From positions 1-64,000 of the forward strand of contig CM035355.1 in assembly GCA_020137815.1 (NCBI GenBank): a stretch of 64,000 nt of DNA. Direction: 5' to 3'. Under the pieces are notes generated by a model. That model worked only from the letters and a program-made list of their open reading frames with translations. It was not told the DNA's origin and did no database searches. Numbering within the stretch: position 1 is the first letter of the stretch; the number at the start of each line of letters is the position of its first letter. This document shows positions 1-13,103 of this stretch, piece after piece. Both the position numbers and the translations under genes were made by a program. This stretch comes from Hormiphora californensis (lineage: Eukaryota > Animalia > Ctenophora).

Positions 1-559
1 CACCCGTATTTCCCTCAATTCGTCCACAAAGCCGAGATTTTTGACATGGAAATAACAAAAGGGTTGTACAGAGCCTTTCAATGGTAGTAAAGTCGATATT
101 CAATAACTACATCGACCCCTCCCAATTGTTCCAGTTTTTTACATCTGTTTGGAGCCTTGAACGACCTCTAAACAGGTTTTACTTTTTCACAAACTGTTTC
201 ATCATGATGTAATCAGCATTTGAAATGTTGCTGATCATAACAAAAACCGAACTATTTTTTAACTGGGGTAAAACTATAGGTGTCAAAAGTTAGCTATGGT
301 CTCCTGAGTAAGCAATGCTTCTCAGGAGACCTATAGCTAACTTTTGACACCTATGCTTACTAAGCATCCGGAGACTCTAATAGATATTTCTAGCCGTTCC
401 CCTGTAATCATTAATCCCGGTGGAGACAATAGATACAATATGGACGTACGTGAGCGCTGGCAGGCTTTTACATGTTGTTGTATGTCTCTCACTCTCTCGA
501 GAAAAAAACCGCACGTGCAGTTGTGCCGCACCGCGGCTCATATTCACGTGCGAGATTAA

Positions 560-1032
560 AGTGAGAGTGGACTGAATCAGAATTGGACATGTTTTGTTGT
601 ACCTAGGTAGTAGAGATTAGCTTTCTGAGCATTTTGCGTTTTTGGCGCTCAAAATCGACCCACCCATCATTGAGATATTTTTTATGTTGGGAGAACTCCT
701 GTTTGATCAGTATATACAAAACAGAATAGAAACAATCGTGGTGTTTTACTTACACATTCTGAATATAAGCAGTGAGGTTGACATGTCCATGCACAGAAGC
801 AGGGCAATGCAAGCCAGCATATTAAAAAAATTTAAGAATGTGTTAATAAAGCACAAGGATTGTGTCTATCCTGTTTGATAAATATTGATCCAGCAGGAAT
901 TCTCCCAACATAACAAAAATATCTCAGTGATGGATGGGTCGATTTTGAGCGGCAAAAACGCAAAATACTCAAAAAGCTAATCTTTACTACCTACAACAAA
1001 CTTGTCCAATTCTGATCCGGTCCACTCTCACT
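560..1032. mobile_element. MITE family A (TTAA target, AG..CT termini, Kolobok-like), nested in the centre of X
   Basis: Near-palindromic ~470 bp, AGTGAGAGTGGAC...GTCCACTCTCACT, left TTAA at 556-559. Same family at 17728, 35225, 43316 and 58815. Confidence 0.85.
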
Positions 1033-1262
1033 CAAGAGGGAGAAAAAAGAGAGACGCACATTAACGTTATACATTAAAGTTGAGGTTGTAGGCAATTGCA
1101 CGTACGTCCATACTCAAATATGTGCTCTACCGGGATTAATGATTACGGGAGAACGGCTTGAAATATCTCTTAGAGTCTCTGGGTGGTTACTCAGGAGACC
1201 TAGAGCTAACTTTTGACACCCATGGTTTTATACTCCATTTTTTTCAACTGTTCACCCCCCAA

Positions 1263-2595
1263 TTAGTCAGGGCATATGATGTTAGATTTTCGGCATAATT
1301 GTTATAAAGCTAATTCCACTTCTAGGAGGTCGTATTGGGTCCCTAGAACCACCAAAAAAAATGTTCGCGATTTGGTGGATGAAGAAGTTGGGTTTCCGGG
1401 CCACGCCCTTCTACTAACTTTTTAGCCTATGGCTTAAAAACGCCAAAACTGTGCTTAGGGTAGGAGTAGGGACAAAATCAAGGGCACTAGAGTGTTCAGC
1501 GTCCTCGCATTAGTGGGGGTAGGTGCTGGAATTAAGTCTCTATCTCATCTGGTTAATTAGATAATTGGATAATTAGCTCTGTGCATAGCCGTTTTTGGCC
1601 ATACGGCTATAGCCATGTTAGGAAAGGAGTAGAGACAAAACCGAGGGCACTAAAGTGTTCAGCGTCCTCAAATTAGTGGGGGTAGGTGCTGGAATTAAGT
1701 CTCTATCTCATCTGGTTAATTAGATAATTGGATAATTAGGTCTGGGCATAGCCATTTTTGGCCATATGGCTATAGCCACTTAGGAATGGTTTATCGACTT
1801 TTCATTGGTGCCATTTTGTTCAGAAAAAAATTTCAATCTAAGAGTTGTGGAAAAATTTAGAGCCTATCTCTTACCGTTTTGGCGTTATTTGCGATCAAAG
1901 TATGCCAAATTAGTCGAAAATGCCAAAAATATTAGTTAATTGGCCTACTTTGACCGCAAATAACGCCAAAACGGTAAGAGATAGGCTCTAAATTTTTCCA
2001 CAACTCTTAGATTGAAATTTTTTTCTGAACAAAATGGCACCAATGAAAAGTCGATAAACCATTCCTAAGTGGCTATAGCCATATGGCCAAAAATGGCTAT
2101 GCCCAGACCTAATTATCCAATTATCTAATTAACCAGATGAGATAGAGACTTAATTCCAGCACCTACCCCCACTAATTCGAGGACGCTGAACACTTTAGTG
2201 CCCTCGGTTTTGTCTCTACTCCTTTCCTAACATGGCTATAGCCGTATGGCCAAAAACGGCTATGCACAGAGCTAATTATCCAATTATCTAATTAACCAGA
2301 TGAGATAGAGACTTAATTCCAGCACCTACCCCCACTAATGCGAGGACGCTGAACACTCTAGTGCCCTTGATTTTGTCCCTACTCCTACCCTAAGCACAGT
2401 TTTGGCGTTTTTAAGCCATAGGCTAAAAAGTTAGTAGAAGGGCGTGGCCCGGAAACCCAACTTCTTCATCCACCAAATCGCGAACATTTTTTTTCGTGGT
2501 TCTGGGGACCCAATACGACCTCCTAGAAGTGGAATTAGCTTTATAACAATTATGCCGAAAATCACCATGAAATTGACATCATATGCCCTGACTAA
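1263..2595. repeat. Foldback element B: ~1.3-kb palindrome with ~650-bp arms, each with an internal ~180-bp duplication
   Basis: Arms are near-perfect reverse complements centred at ~1925. Related fragments at 18580-19260 and in 51080-52680. Confidence 0.85.
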
Positions 2596-2645
2596 ATGTC
2601 GTGCGCGAAATTGTTTTGCGCGTTTATCACATGTTAACGTGTAGC

Positions 2646-3144
2646 AATCAATCAATCAAAACTGCCGCTGGCAGTGGCATGTGCCGCAATAAATTATATA
2701 ATGTCAAGAAAACCAGCCACACTGGACAAAACTGGGTGGGGATGCAGGGTGGCGCATCATGGCTAATAACACGAAGACGGTTACTCCAAGTTACTCCACC
2801 CTGGTACCCACCGTGTCCGAACAATGTTTCACACAGCTAATTGTAATAATCATAGATATAAATCAAATCTCAAGTCTCCCTCTCTCGAACTCATAATTCT
2901 CACCCGAGCACAAGAACAATCACTAACAATCTCTCCTCTCCTCACATGTGATCGCTCACTCTCTGATCTCAACAACGGACCCCCTCCTGATCCTAAAAAT
3001 CTTCTCTGGCTCTTTCTCTCTCTTCTCTCTCAACCTGGCAACAAGATCCCTCCTCTCAGTCCGTTCCTCTACAGTTCTGTCTGGAGATATGTACACAGAT
3101 TGAAAAGTATCTGAGTCCTTCAGCTGAGCAGATTTCCCCAGAAT
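2646..3144 (-). mobile_element. 5'-truncated ORF1-only LINE derivative (ORF1 C-terminus + 3' UTR + (TGAT)n tail)
   Basis: Minus frame 3144->2956 reads ILGKSAQLKDSDTFQSVYISPDRTVEERTERRDLVARLREKREKEPEKIFRIRRGSVVEIRE*, homologous to the C-terminus at 44861-45033. About 300 bp of UTR follows, then CAATCAATCAATCA on the + strand. Confidence 0.7.
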
Positions 3145-3438
3145 TTTTTTTTTGGAAGAAGTTTCAAACGATCACGGAAACAATTCGCATTTTTAAATAT
3201 CAAATAATATCACACACCGTGCGTCTGAGGGCTTCACGCAGGAATCCCGCACTTAAGAAGCCCCTCTAGATGTAGCTAAGTTTTACAGGTAAATAAGTTA
3301 AAAATATATCGTTGTTGCTGCTAGACTAGATTAACAGTTAGAGAGGGGGGAGCCACGGGGAGAGGGGCGTCCCGCAGCAGTGGCAGCGGTGAGCAATTGG
3401 AACATTCATGAAGTGAGAAGGTGAAGGTGATGGAATAA

Positions 3439-6400
3439 TTATAGAATATTGTCGATATCAATATCACTGAAAAGGTAGCTCTTGAGCCCAGTCAGGAAGA
3501 TGGGCAACGTGTCACTCTGTCGAAGTTCGTACGGTAGCAAATTCCAGGACCTGGTGACCCTATGGAAGAAGCTATCGCGCAAAGTGGAGGAGCACTTGTG
3601 ACTGTTACTCGTGTCCACAAGGGTGGTTTGATCTAAGCCAGCAATAATATCACGATTTTGACGCGTAGGTCGAAGATCGGCAACATTAACTGGCCTTATA
3701 GAATCAGGAATATCAATCTGTACCATATTATAGACAATCTGGTAAAACAGCCGCAGGTCATTATACAAGAAGAGTTCCTTGAAAGGAAGAATGTTCAGAC
3801 CCTTGAGATAAAACACATATTGAACATTACTATATGATGCCATAGGTTCATTTCTGATCCATTTGACAACTCTCTTCTGCAATTTCTCAAGAGAAAGCAA
3901 CTGGGTCCTACCGATGTTACACCAGATAGGACTACAGTGCTCAATTAGAGAACGCACCATGGTCAGGTAAAGAGATCTCTTGTTGGCACTGTTGTTAAGA
4001 AAATAGCACGTCCTACGCAACAAATTGAACTTGGAGATCATACTGGTGTTAATATACTCGCAGTGAGAACTCCAATTCAAGTTACTGGTAACAAATATAC
4101 CCAAATCTAGCTGTTTGGTAACATAATCAATAAACAATAAAGAACAGGGCCAAGAATGGACCCCTGGAGAACACCCGAGATGACAGGTAACTCCTCAGAT
4201 GACTCACCATCAATAACAACCTTCTGTCTACGATCTCTCAGGTAGTTCTTGATAAATCTAAGCAACATCCCATCCAAACCGAATTTGATTTTCAGCTTGT
4301 TCAGAATGATGTCATGATTACAAGAATCGAATGCACGTTTAAAATCAAAATAAACAACATCAGTACGCACACAGTCTGAGTGATTAAGGTTAGAAGCAAG
4401 AGAGTGTGTGAAAGGGAGGAGCTGGGTACAGCAAGATCTCCCCTCCACAAACCCATGCTGCCTAGGGTCAATCATGGAACCACAATGACTCATAATTCTA
4501 TTCTTAACTAACACCTCCATGATCTTCCCCACTAGAGACAGAAGCGAAATCGGTCTGTAGTTGGCAACATCCTTACTGTCCCCTTTTTTATGTATAGGTA
4601 CAATGGAAGCTAGCTTCCAGTCGTCAGGGACCACGCCGGTAGACATAGAGAGATTAAGAAGCAACCAGATTGGGTAGGATAGGCTACCCGCACAGTTCTT
4701 CAGAAATCTGCCATGAATCCCATCGGGCCCACATGACTTAGACACATCAATATTGCACAGCGCACTATACACTTCAGAACAAGAGAAATAACAATCAAAC
4801 TCTTTACGTACGGGACAGGTCAACGTCAATATTGTACAAACTCGCTTCTGTGAATAGACTCGCAAAATGTGCATTGAATAATGATGCCTTGGCACTAGGG
4901 TCAGTGTGAGTGACATCATTACGATAAACAGTGGGTGGGATCCTATCACACTTACTAGATGACTTGATATGTGACCAGAATCTCTTGGTGATTGAGTTAG
5001 AATCGTTCACTCCGAAAAAGCTGTTCATTTTCTGAATAATCAGATTCTTGAAATCCCTTCTCGCAGTGGTGTACCTCTCTCTCGTGGGTGGGGTGGGGTT
5101 TGACACATACTTTTTCCTAAGATCCTCCTTGATACGCCGTGCCTTTTTACAGTCACGATCATACCAGAGAGGTTCAAAGGAACCCCTGAGACGTCTCATG
5201 GGAATGTACTTCTCAACACACTCGAAAAGGCTACCACACAACTTCTTCCAAGCACAGTTAGCATTACTCACAATAATACTATCCCAGTCAACTCGGGCTA
5301 GAGCAACATTTAGACCCAACCAATCGGCCTTATTAAAATCAAAACAGGTTCTAGCTTTGCCCTTACTGGGTCTGTACCCCGCTTAGATGGAGAACGACAC
5401 ACCATAGTGATCAGATACACACAGTGCGTCCTTCTCCATCACAGCTAGATCTCTGACGATCTCAGGACAGTTAGTAAATAACAGATCTAGGGTATTGCCC
5501 TGTGAGTGAGCAGGAGCGTGTATGAGCTGTGAGTGTCCCAAATCACCACATAAAAGATCAACAAAATCACGCTCAAGAGAGTTAGGGGTAGCACCACTGG
5601 GCCAATCGATTGTAGGAAAATTCAAATCACCGATTAGAATATGGCGCTTGAACCCCTTAGACTTGACAAGGTTATGTAAATAGTCACGAACATTACAGAA
5701 ATTCTCGTGAGAGAGAATCCCAACTCTATAAAAAGTACTGAGACACACACTGACATTATTCAGCTTGACAAACACACTTAACAACTCAGCCTGAGTACTA
5801 AACTTACAGAACTGGTGACTAGAGATACTAATATCATCCCGATGGGCAATCAAGACACCACCTCCATTACTTCTAAATCTGAAAGGCTGGGAAGGGTCAA
5901 AAGGGTGCGACTTGCCTGACCGATCGAGACGATACGTCCTGTAACTATTAGGAAGAACAGAGACAGAACTAATAGTAGGCTTGAGCCAGGTCTCGTTCAA
6001 AATAATAATCGCAGGTTTGTGGTCATAAATGTACCCATGCATGTCTCCCAACTTGAGTCTGTTCAACTCAGGTGAAGCAGAGCCCAGACTGGAGGAATGC
6101 ACAAGCCCATGAACATTGTTGTAAATAACACTGTAATCCTTGGGCCCAGGATTAGAGATAGAGGGATTGGCGATAAAAATCAAGGAGAAATTAAGAGCGT
6201 ACAAAACAGACAATACAACTACTCTACAGGACGACAGACTACAACCCAAAAATATAACATTTATAGCACTTACAACCGACAAACTGAGGTACTTATCAAC
6301 CGTAACATAGTCACTGCTCTGGTCAAGGAAACTAATCTGATCAATATCGACTGATTGTGAACTGTGGGCAGATATATGGTGAAAAACAACAAGGGTGAGA

Positions 6401-6735
6401 GTGAAAAAATGAATGAATGTTCCAATTGCAAAACCACATACCAGTGCTGACAGGTCACCCCCATCCTCCACACGGCATCCCCCTCCTTGGCGCTGATATC
6501 TTTTAGTATTAAACTTTCCAATACACTCTCTATATCTTTGGGAACATATTGGCAGGTTAGGGTATGGCCTGGCCGGGGTAAGAGGAAATCTATAAAACAT
6601 CTGAGAAAACAGAAATGGGGAAACTGGGTAACTAAGGGACTGGGGGAGGGGGGTAAAGGAGTTAGATGACTCGAGTAAAACAATGGAAAAAATAGTGGAT
6701 AGCACGCAAAAATTCTCTCCCGCTCTCTCACTCAC
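3439..6735 (-). pseudogene. CR1/L2-group LINE ORF2 (APE endonuclease + reverse transcriptase), frameshifted
   Basis: APE motifs (YNNVHGL, LNETWL, GGGVLI, IGDLNFP, LDLLFTN, SDH) in 5383-6140. RT motifs (GPDGI, NYRPISLLS, QHGF, YFDFKRAFD, GVLQGSILGP) in 4107-4949. CR1-type C-terminus (DLGIFV..L.W..H, LYLTMVRSLIEH, SFFHRVTRSWNLLP) in 3439-4137. The YADD region appears deleted. Confidence 0.9.
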
Positions 6736-6838
6736 TCAAAATCATAATACTGCATGCACCAAATATAGCTCACCCAATCTGGTAAGATAGCTCTTCCAAA
6801 TAAGGAATGATTAAAGCTCTCCTAATATGGAATGATTA

Positions 6839-8846
6839 CTTACTTACTTGATACTTGGTTCGGTCTCCTCAATCATTCGAGTGGCCGGCTCCAAGTATCC
6901 TCGCTCGCAGCGACGTGAGCTGTCTCCATTCATTTCTGCTCTCTGCAGTGTTAGTAATAGCACGGAGAGACTGGGATTGACCCGTAGCGTCTCGATAGTC
7001 ATTCAGAACACAGGAGGACCAGGTTTTACGCGGTTTTCCTCTGGAACGTTTCCCATGACTAGGCACCCAGTGATAGAGTTTGTTGGGCACCCTATCCTCA
7101 GGCATTCTAACCAGGTGTCCAAACCAGCGGAGTCTCCCATTGCCTATGAACTTCGAGATTGGTTCTATCCCCGCTCTTTCCAGTACCTCCCTGTTAGATA
7201 CTCTCCTAAACCACTGTATTCTCAGGATTCTCCGCAGGCACCGTTGGTGGAATGCCTCCACCCGGCGATCTTGTACCTGCGTGGTGGTCCAGGCCTCACA
7301 ACCATAGAGAAGCACCGTCAGAACAGCAGCCCTGTAAATCCTGATCTTGGTACAGGTCCTGATGTTACGGTTGTACCAGATCCTACAAAGCATACTGAAT
7401 GCACTGTATGCCTTCCCTATCCTGATACCCAGCTCCTTGTCGATGGTACCATCAGAGGACATAGCCGATCCAAGATAGGTGAAACTGGTCACCTGCTCAA
7501 CCGGATTGCCCTCCACAGATATGTTGACCGTATCCGCCTCCGAAAAGGGACGCTGGTTAAGACCCTTAGAAAATGCCATAACTTTAGTCTTTTTCGCATT
7601 GATCTTCAAACCAGCATACCCAGCGTATTTAGTCAGTAAATCTGTAGACTCCTGGAGCCCTTCCTCTGTATCATCCATTACAGCCATATCATCCGCGTAA
7701 TCGAGGTCCAGAAGCCACTCCCCTCCATCCCCACTCTCAACACCCTGAAGAGTGACCCCCCTGGAGACAGTCTTGTTACACTCAGCAAGCTGAGCTGCCC
7801 AGTTTATAACGATGTTAAAGACTGGCGGCCCCTGGATGTCGCCCTGACCAGTACCACTAAGAACATTGAACCAATCGGAGAGTTCCCCACCATGTTTCAC
7901 TGCACTCACTGTACCATCAAAAAACGCACGAATTATCCGGATATATTTCTCAGGAAGACCATAATGGCGAAATGATGCCCAGATGAAATCCCTGTTTATA
8001 CAATCGAATGCTGATTTAAAGTCTATAAAGTTTATGTACAATGGTAAATTATATGTTATACACTGTTGTATGATAGTACGGAGGGAATAAATCTGATCCA
8101 CACAAGAACGGTTTCGTCTAAAACCGCACTGGTTTTCCCTGAGTGCTAGTTCTAGGCCTGATGCCAACCGGTTCAGCATAACAATCTGAAACAACTTTGA
8201 AGTTGTTGACCGCAGTGTAATACCCCTGTTGTTTGAACAGATACTGGGGTCACCCTTTTTGGGAATCACGGAAATGACCCCCTTCAACCACTCCTCCGGG
8301 ACCATCTCCTCCCTCCAGACTCCACCAAACAAATCCACTAGGGGGCCGACAAGACCACTTGAGCCGTACCGAAGCTGCTCATTCGTAATCCCATCAACGC
8401 CAGGACTCTTATGATTCTTGAGCCTTTTCAGTGCCGCTAAAACTTCTCCACGAGAAGGTGGAGGATCATCCTCACCAAGGTCCTCAAAACACGGGTCCAC
8501 ATCCAGACCATCCAGATCCGAGAGCTGTGATGTAGTTACAGGGGGGTTCAACAGCTCAGAAAAGTGCTCCGCCCAGCGCTCCCGCTGTTGAACAGGATCA
8601 GCGATGAGTTCACCATTCCCGTCGCGAACAGCAGAACCGCCGCGTTTCCTCACACCTGAAAGATCTTTCATGTGCTGCCAAAGCTCCCTCTGCCGCCCAT
8701 GCACCGCAGCATTCTCCAAATCCGATGCCAAACAATCCGCCCACCTATTATCATCCAAACGTGAGGCCTTCTTGACCAGCTTGTTAAGCCTGGAGTACTC
8801 AGATCCACCAGCGGGATCATTCTTCTTCAGCTCAGCACGTTGAGAT
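6839..8846 (-). mobile_element. RTE-clade LINE, 5'-truncated, young copy with intact RT ORF (6869-8758)
   Basis: 629-aa ORF with KSPGVDGI, NQCGFR, FIDFKSAFD, YADD and RTE C-terminus RLRWFGHLVRM. (AAGT)n tail. Perfect 14-bp TSD ATATGGAATGATTA at 6825-6838 and 8847-8860. Confidence 0.93.
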
Positions 8847-8911
8847 ATATGGAATGATTATAGCTCTCCCAATATGGAAGTAGGGAAGTAAAAAGGGTGC
8901 ACCATGACTAA

Positions 8912-9137
8912 AGGTCCCCCCAAACTACTATGTCCCTTGCTGCGCGCGACCGGATTTCAGACGGCCATAGCTCCACCCCCTGATAAGATAGAGACTTGAA
9001 ATTTGTATTGTAGGGAGATCATATCACGTTCTTCGTACAAAACAAATTTCAAGTCTCTATCTCATCAGGGAGTGGAGTTATGACCGTGGGAAATTTCACA
9101 AAACATGAGTGAGGGGCATAGTAGTTTAGGGTGTACT
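8912..9137. mobile_element. MITE family D (TTAA/CTAA target, Kolobok-like)
   Basis: AGGTCCCCCCAAACTACTATG...CATAGTAGTTTAGGGTGTACT between CTAA and TTAA. Other copies at 50455-50682, ~41145-41330 (partial) and 62640-64000 (interrupted). Confidence 0.75.
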
Positions 9138-9519
9138 TTAAGGGGGAACAGCTGCTCTCTCTTGCATATATGAAACTACAGGGAAGAGAAAAATGCAAAG
9201 AACTGATAAATTAGGAACTATTGTTCACTTTCTGTTTATCTATCTGCTCTGCTGTTAGTACTCGTCTCACAAATACACCAGTTTTTAACTTAAGGCCCCA
9301 GTTAGAGATTTTGCGACTGATGTTAGTTACAATGAAGCAGGCCCCTGCTGACACTGCTGACACTGCCGCGCGCGCTACTTTACATGCAATTCACATCGAA
9401 AACCCTGCTAGTCAACGAAGATTTGGCGCGCACAGGGACTCTCCCAGCTTGCGCCAGTTGCAGACTGGAGGCTGGCCCCAGAAACTGGAGCCAGCCTCCA
9501 ATCTGCAACTGGAGCGTAA

Positions 9520-10456
9520 CAGAAAAGAGTTTGTTCGGTCCGTCATAATAGACCCGTTCAACGTCTGTACGGTCCTCTAGCTCTTTCTTCCTCTCTCTCA
9601 CAGAAGCAGGGGCATAGTGAAACACTCCTAACTTTCTGTCTCTCAGTGGTTTCATTTTAGTAAAGCTGTCCTAGCTGTTTCCCTGCTCCTCAGTACCACC
9701 CGAACAGGACGTACTCGCTCATCACTCCTCCTCCCCAGTCTACTGACCTCCAACAAAACAGGTGCTTCATCCAGATACTCGAACAATTCTTTCAATCTAC
9801 TGGTGTCGTTACCATCAACATTCTCGGCTAACCCATGTACTATCAGATTTGAAGATCGGTCAACTGTAGCGCTGGCAAGGGCGGCACGTATTCTAGTTGG
9901 AGCTAATGCAGATGCACACGTCTGCTTCATGGTGGTAGCAGCGGTCTCAAGGACGGAAGAATAACTGTTCATTTCCTCTTTTACGACAGTCTGGACAGCA
10001 GTAATGCTACTCTCTAGCTGAGAGTCCTTCATTGAGATGATGGTGTCTTTCAGTGCACTAACCTCTTCCTGAAGGGCGATCATTTTCCGGTCACGCTCGA
10101 GTAGTTCGTCCTTGACAGTGTCGAGACGGTTTCTGGTGTGCTCCAAATGTTCCAGAAGCTTCTCTACTTCCTCTCGGGACTCATCGAGTACAGGTACAGG
10201 TGTCTCCTCCACTGTCTCAAAATGGTTTCTAGCTACCTTTGACAGGGGCAGAGATCTTCTTATTGGTATCAAGACTCGAAATTTTGCTGGTAGTGATTCT
10301 GTTCTGATCAAATTCAACACCCTCCTTGTTGGAGTCAGGGTAGCCGCCGATTCTTCGCATGATAGCCAGGATCGTCTTTTCCAGCCGGATGAAGTCCGCT
10401 GCACCTGTATTATCGAAAGGAACTGAACGTTCCCATGCTGAAAACGTTCGATCCAT
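9520..10456 (-). pseudogene. LINE ORF1-type protein (coiled coil + RRM-like domain), frameshifted
   Basis: Coiled-coil stretch followed by DRSSNLIVHGL...RLGR...RPVRVVL, paralogous to 43954-45033 (DRMSNVIVHGL...RLGR...RPVKLRL). Frameshifts near 10230 and 9655. It could be ORF1 of the CR1 at 3439-6735 or an independent ORF1-only element. Confidence 0.75.
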
Positions 10457-11253
10457 CTGGAACTGGTGGGCCAGTACAATTGTACTAGGTCAGGAACACT
10501 AACAGTTGAACAAAGTATGCAGAGCGCTGTTAGAGATACAAAATAGATTTAAGTAGCGCACGCCACCCAAATTCTAATTTTTATTAAACTAGAGAGCCCA
10601 GGCAAAAGAACAAAAAACTCTCACACCCTATTGACTCCTCTCAATCCCGATCCCTGACTCATGCCTACTTTGCTCCCTACGGCGCCGCTTCGCGGCACCT
10701 CCGGTCGCGAGATCATACTACACGCCCCCGTCCCCCTGTTGACTCCCCTCAGTCTTCACCCCTCGGCCCTCTTAATCCCCTCGGCCCCTATTGAATCATA
10801 TTGTCCCCTATTCACTCCATCGCACCCTCTATTCACTCCCCTATAACGCCATAATGAATACTTCCCTCACCCCTCTCTCAATCTGTGATCTGTAGCAGTT
10901 TAAAAAGTCCCCATTTTCCCTCATTTTTCACCATTTCCTCCATTACTCAGTCATTTCTCAACCAAATTCCAAAATCTTGGGCTCATTAGAAAGATAATCT
11001 CAACCTCTATCCAAAGAACTATTATCCCCCAAATTTATAAAAGCTTTACACACGCACGTGCACTCCCCAAACCCCCCACCAACCACCCCTAACAACACTT
11101 CAATTTTGCACGTGCGAGCCCGTTAGCGATGGAACCGTTGACAATGTGTACTGATATGAGGATACTTAACTTTCTAGGGTCCCTAAAAGGGTCCTTTAAC
11201 TTTCTAGGGTCCTTAAAAGGGTCCCTAAAAGGGTCCCTTAAAGGGACCCTTAA

Positions 11254-12643
11254 GGGTACGCTAACCAAAAATTTTTTTCGAGTGCAGGGAAATCTCTCAC
11301 CGTAGGGTTGTAGGCCATGCCAAGGAGACCTCAAATATGCAATTTGAGTTCTCAAGTCGAATTCATATTTTTGCTACAGCTGTTTAAAAAATGTCCTGTA
11401 AATACGTTTTTGGCATCTCAAAAAATGTTTTTTAAAGATATGAGCATGAAAATTTGGGGATTTTAAGAGGACATGAAGGTGAATAACCGAAAAAAATTTT
11501 TTTGCAATCCGAGCTGATTTCCGGTCCTGAGATGGATTTCTTTTTTTCCACTTTAACGCCCTATTTGGCAAAGTTCCGAAAACATGTGAAAGCTGTAAAT
11601 TGGTGAAAAGTTGCGTCTAACGATTGTCTAAGTGGCCATAAATTTTGGGCGTGTCCTTATTTGAGATAAGCTGTACAGAGTTTTTTTTGTGTAAGCCGTC
11701 ATTTCAGAAATAAATAAATTCCCTGTATCTCAAAAACGGCTGATCGTAGAGACCTGAGACTATGCTTAAACGATTCAGAAGGTCCGATTTTGGGGGGGTC
11801 TTCTGAGAGACATTTTGCTCCTACTTCAACCGTTTTTGCTGTAATTGCGAAAAACAAATTCTATGGAAAGGGCAAAAGCTAAAATCCAATATCCTGTAAT
11901 TAGGGAATTTTAGCTAAGAAAGGACCGAAACTATGGAAAAATGTGTAACAAGCTAATTCCTTCACTATTTGGTCCATATGGGTCCCTATAATCACCAAAA
12001 ACAAAATCACAAAAAAATCCACGATGGCGAAGATGGGTTTTGTTTTTCGCAATTACAGCAAAAACGGTTGAAGTAGGAGCAAAATGTCTCTCAGAAGACC
12101 CCCCCAAAATCGGACCTTCTGAATCGTTTAAGCATAGTCTCAGGTCTCTACGATCAGCCGTTTTTGAGATACAGGGAATTTATTTATTTCTGAAATGACA
12201 GCTTTCACAAAAAAAACTCTGTACAGCTTATCTCAAATAAGGACACGCCCAAAATTTATGGCCACTTAGACAATCGTTAGACGCAACTTTTCACCAATTT
12301 ACAGCTTTCACATGTTTTTGGAACTTTGCCAAATAGGGCGTTAAAGTGGAAAAAAAGAAATCCATCTCAGGACCGGAAATCAGCTCGGATTGCAAAAAAA
12401 TTTTTTGTGGTTATTCACCTTCATGTCCTCTTCAAATCCCCAAATTTTCATGCTCCTATCTTTAAAAAAATTTTTTTGAGATGCCAAAAACGTATTTACA
12501 GGACATTTTTTAAACAGCTGTAGCAAAAATATGAATTCGACTTGAGAGCTCAAATTGCATATTTGAGGTCTCCTTGGCATGACCTACAACCCTACGGTGA
12601 GAGATTTCCCTGCACTCGAAAAAAATTTTTGGTTAGCGTACCC
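11254..12643. mobile_element. Foldback DNA transposon J (TTAA TSD, GG..CC termini, Kolobok-like), ~600-bp TIRs
   Basis: TTAA|GGGTACGCTAACC...GGTTAGCGTACCC|TTAA. A fragment of the family also lies at ~17575-17724. Confidence 0.88.
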
Positions 12644-12647
12644 TTAA

Positions 12648-13103
12648 AGGTTGACAAGATACCTAATATAAAACTTTTCGTATATCGTCTTATTTTGATT
12701 TATCATTAATTTTCAGCATTTTTTCAGAATTTTTTGTCGGCTAGAAAAAAAAATCGAAATAGGGGGTCTACCGATATTGTCAGCACTGGTTTTACTGGGC
12801 ACACTCACTGCGTCTCGCAAATTGAAATTCACGTTTCCGGTTCCTCAAAAGATAAAGACTTGATCTTGGTTGCGTTGGATTGGTCCCAATAAGACCTTTC
12901 CAACGCTACCAAAACGGTTTCTGTATCTCATCAGGAACCGGAGATATTACGGTATCAATTTTAAAAAAGGCACACTCATTTTTCAGTAGACCCCCTATTT
13001 TGCACATATTTCTAGCCGACAAAAAATTCTGAAAAAATGCTGAAAATTAATGATAAATCAAAATAAGACGATATACGAAAAGTTTTAGGTATCTTGTCAA
13101 CCT
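12648..13103. mobile_element. MITE M (TTAA TSD, AG..CT termini) abutting J
   Basis: TTAA|AGGTTGACAAGATACCTAA...TTAGGTATCTTGTCAACCT|TTAA. Confidence 0.85.

Noticed and set aside
2601-2840. SWLITRR as a possible upstream PX-domain exon
   Set aside because: Lies in the antisense 3' UTR of a retroelement inside a TE nest; no supporting downstream residues or splice sites.
6848-7639. 263-aa plus-strand ORF
   Set aside because: Antisense shadow of the RTE ORF with no recognisable motifs. The same applies to 32568-33218 and 44224-44804.
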